Origin: Spizellomyces punctatus DAOM BR117
Lineage: Eukaryota
Length of the DNA: 64,000 nucleotides
Reading direction: 5' to 3' (one strand)
NCBI GenBank assembly: GCA_000182565.2
Contig: KQ257450.1
Below, piece after piece: positions 25,279 through 36,168 of the stretch; positions within the stretch are counted from its first letter, which is position 1, and each line of letters begins with the position of its first letter. Position numbers and translations under genes: made by a program. The notes under the pieces are model-generated. The model had not been told where the DNA came from. It saw only the letters and a program-made list of their open reading frames with translations, and did not search any database.

Positions 25279-27408
25279 ATGCTATCCTCAGATCCATCAA
25301 TGTCGCTTGGTCACAAAGCTCTCCTGGGCAATGTCGGCTCGTTTGGCAGGACGGCAAAGGGATTTGGACCTCCGATGACCAATATGATGGACACAACGTC
25401 TGCCATTGGACTTTCCTCTGTTGATCCACAGCTAGGCGCAGGAAAGGAGCGAGACAAGGGAACTTCCAGTGTACTATTCAATATCAGCAAAAAAGAAGCA
25501 TACACGCCAAATAATGGGTTGAAAGTCTTTCAGAGAAGATTGAGGAACGGATACAAAATTGGGCTGTATGTCTCTTCACCATTGTATGTCAACAAGAATA
25601 ACGGATGGAAACTAATCCTTATACGTGTAGTTACAAGGAAGAAATGAACGCAGCCAAACTAGTGGATACCAACCTTTTGATCTTTGGTGCTCCAAGGGAA
25701 AAGTTTACGATGGCAGAGGTACGCATCCATAGACTCCATTGTTGAAGAAGAAGTCGGAACTAATCATCGCATGTGGCAATATTTTTATGTACGTGTAATA
25801 GTTCAGCGCCTTGAAGGCTTACATGGATCGGGGAGGATCTATACTGTATTTAACTGGCGAAGGAGGGGAAACCGCGTTTGAGACAAACTTCAACTATCTT
25901 TTAGAGGAGTACGGGATGACGGTGAATCCAGGTAACAACCCCATATCAGAATAGTGAATGCTCTCCAATGCTAAGGCACTACTCGCATGAAAAGATGCCG
26001 TAACACGAACGGTGTACTACAAGTACCATCATCCGAAAGAAGTCTATGTGTCAAATGGCGTATTGAATAGAGAGCTTAATCGGGCAGCAGGAAAGAAAGT
26101 GGGGCCGACTGCCTTGGAAGGATTGCCAGAAACGGGCAAATTCAATGCCTAGTACGTTGTCACTAAAAGTCTGAATTCTGTTCACATTGCCGGCCTTTTT
26201 AACCAACACAATACATTCTCAGTGCCCTCACTTTCGTCTACCCTTACGGTGCCACCCTCAACGTACAAAAACCTGCCATACCCATTCTCTCATCTGGTAC
26301 AGTCTCTTACCCGTTGAACCGTCCAGTTGGCGCTGCATACATTAATCCGGTAAGCGTTGCGGGACGGACAAAATACTAGTTGCATTCATGCTGATTCGTT
26401 TAGTTTGGTAGAATGGAAGGGGGAAGCTTGTTGTCGTAGCATCGGCACAAATGTTCTGCGACACGTACATTGAGAAGGAGGAGAACGGGAAGCTACTGGA
26501 TGTGCTGATACAGTTTTGCACGACAGGTACGGGGTAGTTTAGGTTGTTTGCTGTGTCATCATCGCCCACACAAACACATTTGTCTGTGTCCTAGATAAGA
26601 TCATACTGAATAGCATCGACGCCAACGAACCAGATGTACGCAATCGGTTTCTTTCTCTGAAAGGACATACTTCCATGCCAACCAAACGTTTTTTCTCTAG
26701 ATATCGGATTACTACTACCTTCCCGAAACCGCACAGATTTCCGAAACGCTCCGATCATGTTTGCAGGTCCGTGTTGAATATTGGATCACAACCCCATCAG
26801 CAGCAGGCTAATATCTTCGATTCTCCTCATAGGAAAGCGAAGAACTCCCTAAAGACTTTACAACCCTCTTCGATATGAACCTATTTAAATTTGATACGAG
26901 CTTGATACCAGCGGCGGTTCAGCTTTACGAGGTGCGTCAGCCATGAATTGATTAAACTTTGCGAAAGATGGTTATTTAAGAGATGATCGCCACTACACAG
27001 GATCTGCGACTAAAAAAAGAGCCATTGACGCTAATACAACCACAAGTAGGTGTCCCTTAACGATTTTTTCCAAATAGATGATGTTTATTGAATGAAATCT
27101 GTTGCGTTTTGCAGTTTGAAACTCCGCTTCCCCCCTTGCAACCCGCTATTTTCCCTCCAACTCTCCGCGACCTTCCCCCACCCGCTCTCGAGCTCTTCGA
27201 CCTAGACGATGCATTTGCCAGCGAACGCGTCCGTTTAGCTCAACTGACCAACAAATGCAATGATGACGATCTGGAGTACTACGTACGAGAATGCGGACAC
27301 ATCCTGGGCGTAACGGAACGATTAGATGCGGACAAACGCACCGCGAAACATATTGTGGAGTTTGTTTTCCGAAGTATAGTCAACTGGAAGAAACTCAACC
27401 AAGGGTGA
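25279..27408 (+). CDS. IFT52: Intraflagellar transport protein 52
   Basis: VLFNISKKE; exons encoding GEGGETAFETNFNYLLEEYG, RTVYYKYHHPKEVYVSNGVLNRELNRAAGK, FVYPYGATLNVQKPA; C-terminal FETPLPPLQPAIFPP..LFDLDDAFASERVRLAQLTNKC. Confidence 0.95.
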
Positions 27409-27588
27409 TCATGATGGTAATGAGAAAGACAGGGGGAGCCTTTGCACGAGTCAATTGTACTTAAATATAGAAAGGACGAGCGCAACAGTCTTTCAAACAA
27501 AAGCAATCATCCATGGGTGTGTGATTATGATGAAGAAAAATGCTAAATTCATATTGTGCCAGAATATACATGAAAGGTTTGTATAACA

Positions 27589-30072
27589 CTAAGGTAAAAG
27601 TGATTGTCGGAACTCTAGTTCCTCCTTTTCTACATCTTCCAACAACTCTGGAAAGTGCTCCTCCACAAATTTGCCCAAGGTACCCTCAACATTTCGAAGT
27701 GACTTTTTTTGCTCACCAGTAGCTACGGAGCGAGTCTCTCGAAGGGCTCTCACGATTTTACTGTATAATACCCCGTCCAACGGGTATCCAGCGTTAACCA
27801 TATCAAGCATTGTACTCATGATCTTGCTCGTCATGCCGCTGCGAGCCAAAAGCTGCAAAACTGCAGCATAACCGTCCTTGTCTAGTGGTAGCTTTGCATT
27901 TTCGACGAGCTTGACTGCCTCTCTTGCTACCTTGTCCAGTTTAAACTCAAGGGCGGTGCGCAAAAGTAGAGTGACGGTAGGAGCGGTAATATCAATGACC
28001 GACTCTTCCTTGAGCCGATGCAAGTCCGTAAAGATGCGTACAGTGTTTATAGGGTCACCTTTCCGTCTGTGTGCATCCATTGCGTATCGGTAAGCCTGCT
28101 CTGGTGGTGCGACATCTCCAGACGTAAGCACCTCGTACAGGGCAATCACCAGGTCGCACTTGTGCAACGCCTCCTTGCGCTCGACAGGCGATACATCCAA
28201 TTTCTTCTCCGCCGATACTCTGCTCTTCTCAATCTCCTGTCCCAATGTCATCATCAGCTTCTCAAATTCATCCCGGTGCTCTATGAACGCCTGTCCGACC
28301 GAGTGTACATCAGACTTTGCTGACCGGCGCATTCTTGACAAGACTGACACCGCTGGAACCAAGCGCCTCGAGCGTACATTGGCATTGATCAGTGCAACAG
28401 AGATCTTTGGTTCTGGCTCGATATTGGCCTGTATCATTTCGTTGAAGATCCGGGTTGCCGCTACAGCGTCGTTTACGACAATGTAACCTTCCAGTACGAT
28501 GCCATAACTTCTGGCGTTCGGTTTCACACCTGGCGCTATCCCAAGCCGGAGTTTGTCCCAGTAGGTTTCCATCACTTCCGTATTGAAAGTCCTGGCGGCT
28601 GCCTCTAGCACAACGTTCAACATGGCCACATTGACTGGTGTCCCATCCAGCTGCATTTGTTCCAGAACTCGCGCAGCGTCCTCGACTTGTCCCGCATTCG
28701 CATACGCCTCTATTATTGTCCGGTAAATGCTCGGAAAGATTTGGTTACCGTTTCGTCGCATTTCTATCAAAAGATTCTCTGCATCCAAGATGCGACCTGC
28801 ACTACACAACGCAGACGCCAATGATTGATACGTTACAGAGTCCGGTTGTATCTGCACCTTTATCATCTCACGAATATCTTGAATGGCACCCTCCACATCG
28901 CCCACTTTTGTCTTTGCATGAAGAGCAATGGTGTAAATGTGCCTGTCAGGTGCTAATCCGGCGTCGACCATTTCACGAAAGAGCTCCTTGACTCGCTCAT
29001 TATCGCCCAGTCGTGCATAACCTCCCATCAAGGCTGAGTATATGAAACTGTCAGGCGCTATCTTTCTCTGTTTTAGCTCCGCAAACCATCTCTCCGCAGC
29101 CTCCATGTCCTGATGTGCCGTGTGCATTTTGATCAGATGGGTGTACGTTACCGCGTTGGGTTCGTAACCAAGATCTGTCATTTCCTCGTAGTATTTCCAG
29201 GCCATCTCAGGCTGATCAGCCGCCGCAAAACCAGAAATCAACGTATTATATGACATTACGTCCGGGGCGACGCCTTCTTCCACCATGCGATTGAAAAATT
29301 TGACAGCGGCATTCAGATTATCGGATTCGATATACATCTTCATGAACAGGTTATAGGTATGCATGTCTGGTTGCAATCCAGCCGCAACCAGCTCAGTCAA
29401 CACACGTCTCGCTTCTGCTACTTTGCCTTCTTGCGCATGGGCCCTCATCAACAGGTTGAAGGTTTGAGTAGTCGGTGAAAGACCCAGTTGCTTCATCATG
29501 CCAAAGACTTGGTACATGAATTCAGTCTTTGGTGGATCATGTTGAACAAGGAGCTTCATCAATTTCGTTAATTGCGGTATAGTCAGTTTGGTACGTTCGC
29601 CTTCGTCTACGATAATATCTCTGAACTTTAACCAGGCTCCGACTCGGTCATTAGCTTTTAGCGCGGCTTCAAAGGCGGGCATGTCTGGTGGATACACCTT
29701 TGAGCCTTCTTCCCACGCATCGAGTTCCGCCTCGTGGTCCGGATTCGTCGTATCGTTATTGGTTTTGGTAGGTATCCACGTTTTTTGTTGCCGTGGTCCA
29801 CTGCGACGAGAGTCGTAACGCACTTCTGGCGGTCGCTCGGGCAACTCTGGTCTTATTGACCCATTGAAGATTTTGACTTTTCTTTCTTGCTTATTGTGCC
29901 CTCTTCCCCGTTTTCGCTCACCGTGTTGGTACTTGTTTGCACTCGATGCAAAACCTCGATGTGACAACAATGGCCTGCGCAGAGTCTGTTCATTCTTGAG
30001 CAGCAGGTGCTCGGGGGCTGTCAGGCGAGCAGTGAGGCAGCGCAGGCATTTGAGATTTGCCAGCAATGTCAT
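27589..30072 (-). CDS. Pentatricopeptide-repeat (PPR) protein, probably mitochondrial
   Basis: Intronless 827 aa with an Arg-rich presequence-like N-terminus and about 10 tandem 35-aa repeats (e.g. PDVMSYNTLISGFA, PNAVTYTHLI, PDSFIYSALMGGYA). Confidence 0.92.
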   Translation of the reverse strand: MTLLANLKCLRCLTARLTAPEHLLLKNEQTLRRPLLSHRGFASSANKYQHGERKRGRGHNKQERKVKIFNGSIRPELPERPPEVRYDSRRSGPRQQKTWIPTKTNNDTTNPDHEAELDAWEEGSKVYPPDMPAFEAALKANDRVGAWLKFRDIIVDEGERTKLTIPQLTKLMKLLVQHDPPKTEFMYQVFGMMKQLGLSPTTQTFNLLMRAHAQEGKVAEARRVLTELVAAGLQPDMHTYNLFMKMYIESDNLNAAVKFFNRMVEEGVAPDVMSYNTLISGFAAADQPEMAWKYYEEMTDLGYEPNAVTYTHLIKMHTAHQDMEAAERWFAELKQRKIAPDSFIYSALMGGYARLGDNERVKELFREMVDAGLAPDRHIYTIALHAKTKVGDVEGAIQDIREMIKVQIQPDSVTYQSLASALCSAGRILDAENLLIEMRRNGNQIFPSIYRTIIEAYANAGQVEDAARVLEQMQLDGTPVNVAMLNVVLEAAARTFNTEVMETYWDKLRLGIAPGVKPNARSYGIVLEGYIVVNDAVAATRIFNEMIQANIEPEPKISVALINANVRSRRLVPAVSVLSRMRRSAKSDVHSVGQAFIEHRDEFEKLMMTLGQEIEKSRVSAEKKLDVSPVERKEALHKCDLVIALYEVLTSGDVAPPEQAYRYAMDAHRRKGDPINTVRIFTDLHRLKEESVIDITAPTVTLLLRTALEFKLDKVAREAVKLVENAKLPLDKDGYAAVLQLLARSGMTSKIMSTMLDMVNAGYPLDGVLYSKIVRALRETRSVATGEQKKSLRNVEGTLGKFVEEHFPELLEDVEKEELEFRQSLLP

Positions 30073-30378
30073 TTGTCGAGTAGATCAAATGTCAAAAAAG
30101 CCCGTCCTAATTGGCTTTATAATCGGACCCTTAATTTTATCATCGGAGGATTTTGGAGCTTTCGCGTGAAATTCATTGACCCGCTAGGCTTTCTTGTTTT
30201 TTTTCCATTGCGCATCTCGCTTGCACATCTGAGGCTTTTGAAGAACCAAGAACAACGACAAGATGCACCGCTGATCACTAGGAACAAACGGGGGACGAGA
30301 AGGATACTGTTGCGCATCTGTCTCGAATTTGTGCCAAGCGAATAACCGCTCTCCCATCTCTCCTCGTCGCATAAAACC

Positions 30379-31462
30379 ATGTTTGATAAAATATATAAAA
30401 CTATTTTTGCTGTCTCCACGCGGCTAGTATCATTTCTTATTGCAATTGGGCTACTCGGATTATGCGGTCTCGACATTTTTTTACGGATTTACAAGAATAA
30501 ATATGTCCTTATTGGTGCAGGGTCGAGTGTTTGTCTGTTGGTGAGTTTGATATGCGTATCTATATAGGGTTCGACTCTAACAAGTTGTTGATTTTTTGCA
30601 TGTGCTAGGGAGTTGGTGCACTCTTGATCATCTCGTCCCGCAAGTTATCTATCCGCTCGGCACTCCAAGATACACCCAAGTTGTATGTTCCTATCAATCC
30701 CTCAGATGTGCCAAAGGTAGGGTGGTCATTGTAGTTCGGTAAGCACTCGATCATCTTGGACTTGACATTACACCTTCCACCAGCGAGTATATCGTCTTAT
30801 CCAAGCCGATCTTTCCAAAGTTGCCAACATCTCACTCGAAGCAAAACCACGACCTGAGGATGCGCTTGACCTTGGATGGGGCAAGATTGGTGAGTGGTAC
30901 ACACCAGTTTCTACGACGGCTTTAAAGGACTGCTATTCATCAAAGCTCTTTTGTTCAATTGTGTAGGATCTCAGCTGGAGACCATCCATTACAAAACAGC
31001 TGCCATTCAAACATTTGAGTTGTTAGGTAAGGGTCATCATAAAACGGGGGTGAAGACTATGCTGCGGCACACATTTCGCATAGCTTGGCCTCCACTGTAG
31101 GATCTACGGCGTAAATATCTGACGCAAATGATATTAATCTAGTAATATATTTACCAGAAAAAGCGGCAACGGAGATATCACCCTTTTACCGGCGAGATCC
31201 GAGTGTGAGCGCAAGGCGATATATTGAGATGCTGATTGCCGAAACCGTTCTTCGAAAAGATGTTGCACACTATTATATTGATCGCTACGAGCAGCTGCGG
31301 TTTGGACCTCGGCAGATGAGCGAGGCAGAATACAAGGAGTTTATGAAGGTTTTTGCTTTGCTATTTAGAAGGTGGGCCTTGCTTGTTTTTGGTGTCACGT
31401 TGCAATGTGTCTGCTTACCCAATGCGCTGCATAGCCTCCGATACCCTGAGTTACCTGGTTGA
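30379..31462 (+). CDS. DLT1: Defect at low temperature protein 1-like membrane protein
   Basis: Two N-terminal TMs, then SRKLSIRSALQDTPKLYVPINPSDVPK, GWG, and YIDRYEQLRFGPRQMSEAEYKEFMKVF. Confidence 0.7.
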
Positions 31463-32121
31463 TCATGACGAGAGGTTGGGCAACAACTGTCGACCACTCA
31501 TCCCTTGGACAGCAAGGGCCAGATCAACCGAGGCTTAGCAAACCTGCCGTTGACCAAAAGTCGGACGCAAACCGACCAGTGCAAATTGTATCGTCTTTGG
31601 TGCCAAATCTCTTTGCAGGTAAGCATGCACGACCCTGTCTAGAGTCTTTCGCCTTGCTCATCCCCTGTCCTTTTCATTCCAGTATCGAAATCAAAATCGA
31701 CATTTTTCCTGCACGCCATCAAACCAGATCCCATTTGCTCATTGCCCTAGCTGGCCCTAGCTGGATAGGCATGCGTGAATGTACCGCTTTCCTTAAAGCA
31801 AACATGCATATCATCATCAGCAAAACCACGTGATATGACGCGACTAAGCAACTAAGCATGAATGTAATAGCGCCACATTTGGTTAAATGAGCGTGAATGG
31901 AAACACAACGCGACCAGAAGTGGTGGCTGTTTGGCCTTCCCCCATCTGCCCATTTGGTTTTTTTTTTTTTTCAAGAGATTTCCATTGGGCCAGCAACGAC
32001 CACAGGAGAAGGATAAAGGTGGAAAGGTGGAAATCGACAGCGGCATAGAAAGTGCTCTTTGTAGACAAGTTAGATTATTATTATTAGAAAAGAGCTTGAA
32101 AAGTGAACTACAAATACCCAC

Positions 32122-33156
32122 ATGGAGGAACCAGCAATAGCGTCAACCACCATGACGTTGACGCCGACGTTTGGGACAATGGAAGGATTCGAGGCCTTTC
32201 GCCAAAAGGTCCGGACTGAAGACCGGTTCCTGTCATTGCAATCGGCGACCATGACCGACTGGTGGTTGATGAAATTCTTTGACGGAGCACGAGGGAATGT
32301 GGACGTTGCCTGCAAGATGCTCGAAAAGACGTTGGTGTGTATCTATCCTGCTTTTACTATGCCTGATATTGTTCTGACCCGCACTCGCAGCAATGGCGTA
32401 TCGACTATGCATACGGAGACCTTCCCAATGAGGATTACACTGCCGATTACGAGACAGGCAAACTCTACTATCATCGGTTTGCTCTCGATGGGACACCGGT
32501 ACTGATTTGGAGGATTTCGAGGCATATCGCTGATCCAAAGCTGAGTGAGCGGACGGTTCGATTCATTGTTTGGACCATGGATAAGGGGATCCGAGAAGGG
32601 TAGGCCATTTTTCGTTTGTTTTTGAATGTATGTTGTTGGGCTGTAATAATAGAATTTGTGTAGGACCATCACATCCCGTATCACCCTTCTCGTCGATCGC
32701 TCATCAAGCGCCCAACAAAACATTGAGAACCTCCACTTTTTCCGGCTTCTCACGTCAATCCTCCAGACCCACTTTCCCGAAATGCTCCAACGGATTGTTA
32801 TATTCCCCACCAACTGGCTTCTATGGACCGTCTGGAAGGTCGTCAAACCCTTTTTGGATGTAACTGTGGTCGAAAAGGTTGCGTTGGTGGGGCCAAAGGA
32901 AGTTACCAAAACGTTGGAGACAGTGTGGTCAGGGGAGGACTGTCCTGAGAGATATGGTGGGAAATGTGTTGATTGGACGGATGACGGGGTTGTTGGAGAC
33001 GGTGTGGAGAGTTTGAAGGATTCTGCGGTTGCGGTTGAGCTTTTGACTGGGAGTAGCGACGATGGCGGCAAAAAGGGCGGAGACGGAAGCAGTAAGGGGT
33101 GGGGTGTTGGACGAATGAAGAAGATGTTGAGTCATGGATCCGAGAAGGACTCTTAA
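32122..33156 (+). CDS. CRAL-TRIO (Sec14-like) lipid-binding protein
   Basis: DWWLMKFFDGARGNVDVACKMLEKTL, and LQTHFPEMLQRIVIFPTNWLLWTVWKVVKPFLD..CPERYGG. Confidence 0.88.
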
Positions 33157-33307
33157 TGGGCACCAAGTATCTTTTTTTTATTTCTTTTTTTTGTTATTGT
33201 TTTTAGTCCGTTTGCGATACGGATTCTCTCTATTGGTGGTCTCTATATACAAAAAACTTTAAATACAAAAAACATTTATCTACACAAAAGCTTTTGAAGA
33301 TGCATTC

Positions 33308-34111
33308 CTAGCAGACTTGCATCGGATCAGATGCTGCCTCCTCTGGTAAACGCACCTGTTCTGGCACTCCCAAAGCATCCATTAATAGGAGACTCACATG
33401 CGGTATATACCCCGCAGCGACCCGTGTGCGTTTAAGAATATGCAAAGCAACATTTTGCTGAGTCTGCTGGTTCTGTTGTAGCAGTGAGTTGGACTGCACG
33501 ACAAAGTCCATTTCAACCACATACCTCCGCATCCACAAAATAAATAGGCACATCCTCTGATATACTTGTAACCCATTCCACAACTTCCTTTCTCGCCACT
33601 TTGATCTCATCACCTATGCCCCATTTCAGCACACATTATCGACAGGCCAGAGAAAGACCATTCTATTTACCGAAAAATCCAACAACCACCACCCTCCCCA
33701 GAAAGTACTCTGGCGATATACACTGCAGGTTCCTCCGTAAGAGATCAAATGACGTTCGAGAGCTCATATCACATGTACATGTGATGATATCAATATGGGG
33801 ACGGGAGCTTTTGGGGCTCATGTGTTCAATATGGGAAACGAAGCGGCTAAAGAGGGGGTTAAATTGGGCAAAGGACGAATCCGAAGAGGTATGACCTACA
33901 TTTCCAGATCCAAATCAGAGGGAGCGAGCATATTGGCTAGCGAGTCTTTATGGGAGGTTTTTGAGCCGGCGATCTAGCGTGAAAGGTTTAGTTTGAATGC
34001 CACCAATGGGACGAGGCCGAGCGGTATTACGAGTATGGCAGCTGGTTTGAAATGTGGGTCGGTGGGGAGAGCGAGAACGTTGTCGTAGAGGGAGATAGCG
34101 TATGGCTCCAT
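33308..34111 (-). CDS. CENPM: Centromere protein M (CENP-M) pseudo-GTPase, 5 exons, ~194 aa
   Basis: Exons 34111-34031, 33973-33900, 33846-33671, 33613-33525, 33472-33308 are all GT-AG and phase-consistent. They give AAILIAG..RPHIDIITCTCDMSSRTSFDLLRRNLQCISPEYFLGRVVVVG..RVAAGYIPHVSLLLMDAL, matching human RPRIDLIV..FFLGKV..ICAGHVPGVSAL. Confidence 0.85.
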
Positions 34112-34328
34112 GATTTCTTTCAAGAACTTCAGTTCAAATCAAGAGCGAAATTTGGAAATCAAAAAAGTCAAAACAAAAATCAAAAAGAAATTGGAACACT
34201 CCAAATATCCGAAACATCGGACTCTCGTACGCGTTCCGTTCGTGTTTTCCCCCCCTGGAGCACACGACCCAAAAAACAGCTTTTCGCATCTTTTTTGGAT
34301 TTCCATCCTGCAAATCGCCAGACAAACA

Positions 34329-35919
34329 ATGATGACGACTGCGAGTCCCTCTGTCGCGTCCCTGCTTCTCGTCTGGGACGCTCACAAGGCCTCGCTTACT
34401 CACCCTTCCCCGGCTACAGCCGCTGCGCTCGTGTCACAGCATTTTGATGAGCAAGCGTCTGTCGTGTATGTTCCGACTGCTGCGGGTGGGGTCGGTGTAG
34501 CGGATATTGAGGGGTTCTTTAGAAAAGTTGTTGAGCAAGCGGGTTGTGTTGCGGATGATAAGGTCGGTGTTCTGGTGGCATGGTAATTTGGGTTTAAAGA
34601 CTAATGTGTGACATGTTAGGTTATCAACCGTGTGATTGGCGAATACAGTATTGCGGAAGAAAGTATTTTGACGATCGTGCATGAGGACATGTTAGATTGG
34701 CTTCTTCCCGATGTGAAGCCTACCAAAAGGCGCGTTGTGATCCCCATGGTAAGTGTGTTTTGATGCCATCCAGAACTGACAGCAACCTAACGATTCCTTT
34801 ACCCAGTCGACATTTGTGACATTTAGTCCAGATGCGAAAATAACTGCCAAGCGGGTGTATTGGGACCAGGGCTCTGTGATGCGTCAAATTGGGCTATTGC
34901 CGCCATCGGTGTTTTGCAAGGCCAATGGATCTGAGACGACGCTCCCAGTTTTGGGACCAAAAATTGTGGATCGACTGACAGATGTCAAAGCGCCTTCTAA
35001 TTTGATTTTGAGAGAGCATTGGGAGGAGTCTCCTGTTGCGGGTGTTGTGACCAAGGTAAGGTAGGGTGGTGACATGCGCTCCAAGAGTGACATTGACGTG
35101 GATGACTTGGTAGGCAAACGGTGACAAGGCTCCAGGACGTGAACCTGTCCACGGTATCATTCCACAAGGCGATGATGAAGAGGAGATACGCCTTGCGCAA
35201 GCGAAGCGCCTTCACCGGACTTCAGTCTCTTCCATCGTCCCTCAAGCAGAGGAGCCTAGCCCTGCCTTACGGCATCACAAATCCATGATCATCCCCCGCC
35301 AGACATCCAACATATTCAACCAAGATCCTGTGGAACAGGTCCGTCCATCCACACGGATCCATCACCAGCCCGGCGGAAAACCTTCCAACATTTTTGCTGA
35401 CGAGCCTGTTCCGCTGCGGACGTCGGTTCCGATTGACCCCCGCCGATTTGAATCCCACATCAATTTTGGGGGGGATGCGGCTGTGGCTGCCGAAGAATCT
35501 GTCGATCGCCAAGACATTTCTGCACACTTTCGAAGGGACCCCAACTGGTCGTCCTTGGACCAAGCGAGGGACGACTCTGTCCACACTGGGAAAAAAGTCT
35601 TTGGACAAATGAACAATCAAAGTCACTTTTCGTTGGGGAATGATAACAGTGCTGCTCCCCTTGTTTCGGGGGGACGAAAGCACAGTGACAGAGCGCATGC
35701 TGATAATGATATTTTTGGAGGGCCAGATAACAGTGCCAATCGTCCCAGGTCTGGGAAGAGGGATCCGAATGCTAGGAGTACGGAAGCATTTACTAGGCCG
35801 TCCAGCAGGTGTGTGTACATGCTGCGAATTTTTTTTCATTCTGGATTGACTGGAGCTGATGTTGATTTTCATTTAGGGTGCTTCGTCCTCCTGGTGGTGG
35901 ACAGTCATTTGCCTTTTAA
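34329..35919 (+). CDS. NTF2/SnoaL-like domain protein with C-terminal HN1/Jupiter/SPIRAL1-like PGG motifs
   Basis: VVYVPTAAGGVG..DWLLPDVKPTKRRVVIP..RVYWDQGSVMRQIGLLP (SnoaL-like). Tail has RPSTRIHHQPGGKPSNIF and, after intron 35809-35876, RPSSRVLRPPGGGQSFAF*. Confidence 0.75.
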
Positions 35920-36168
35920 ATTGTAATGTTTTGCTGTATATAGGCGAAGTCTGTATTTAAACCGCCATGTAGTTTGGTTGATTACCTACGTGTGGACATG
36001 TGTGTGAGCGTTTGAAATCCTTGGAATAATAAACTCTTTAAAAGCTTTTATGCAACATGTCCAGAAGATTTAAAGTAAATATAGCTTTATTTCCATAACC
36101 CATTTTTCTAATATACACCACACAGGATAGATAAAAAGTCCATTTGTACACACTTTCCACACACAGTA

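Noticed and set aside
31957-31971. Poly-T tract
   Set aside because: Ordinary eukaryotic promoter or UTR homopolymer, not a bacterial-type terminator.
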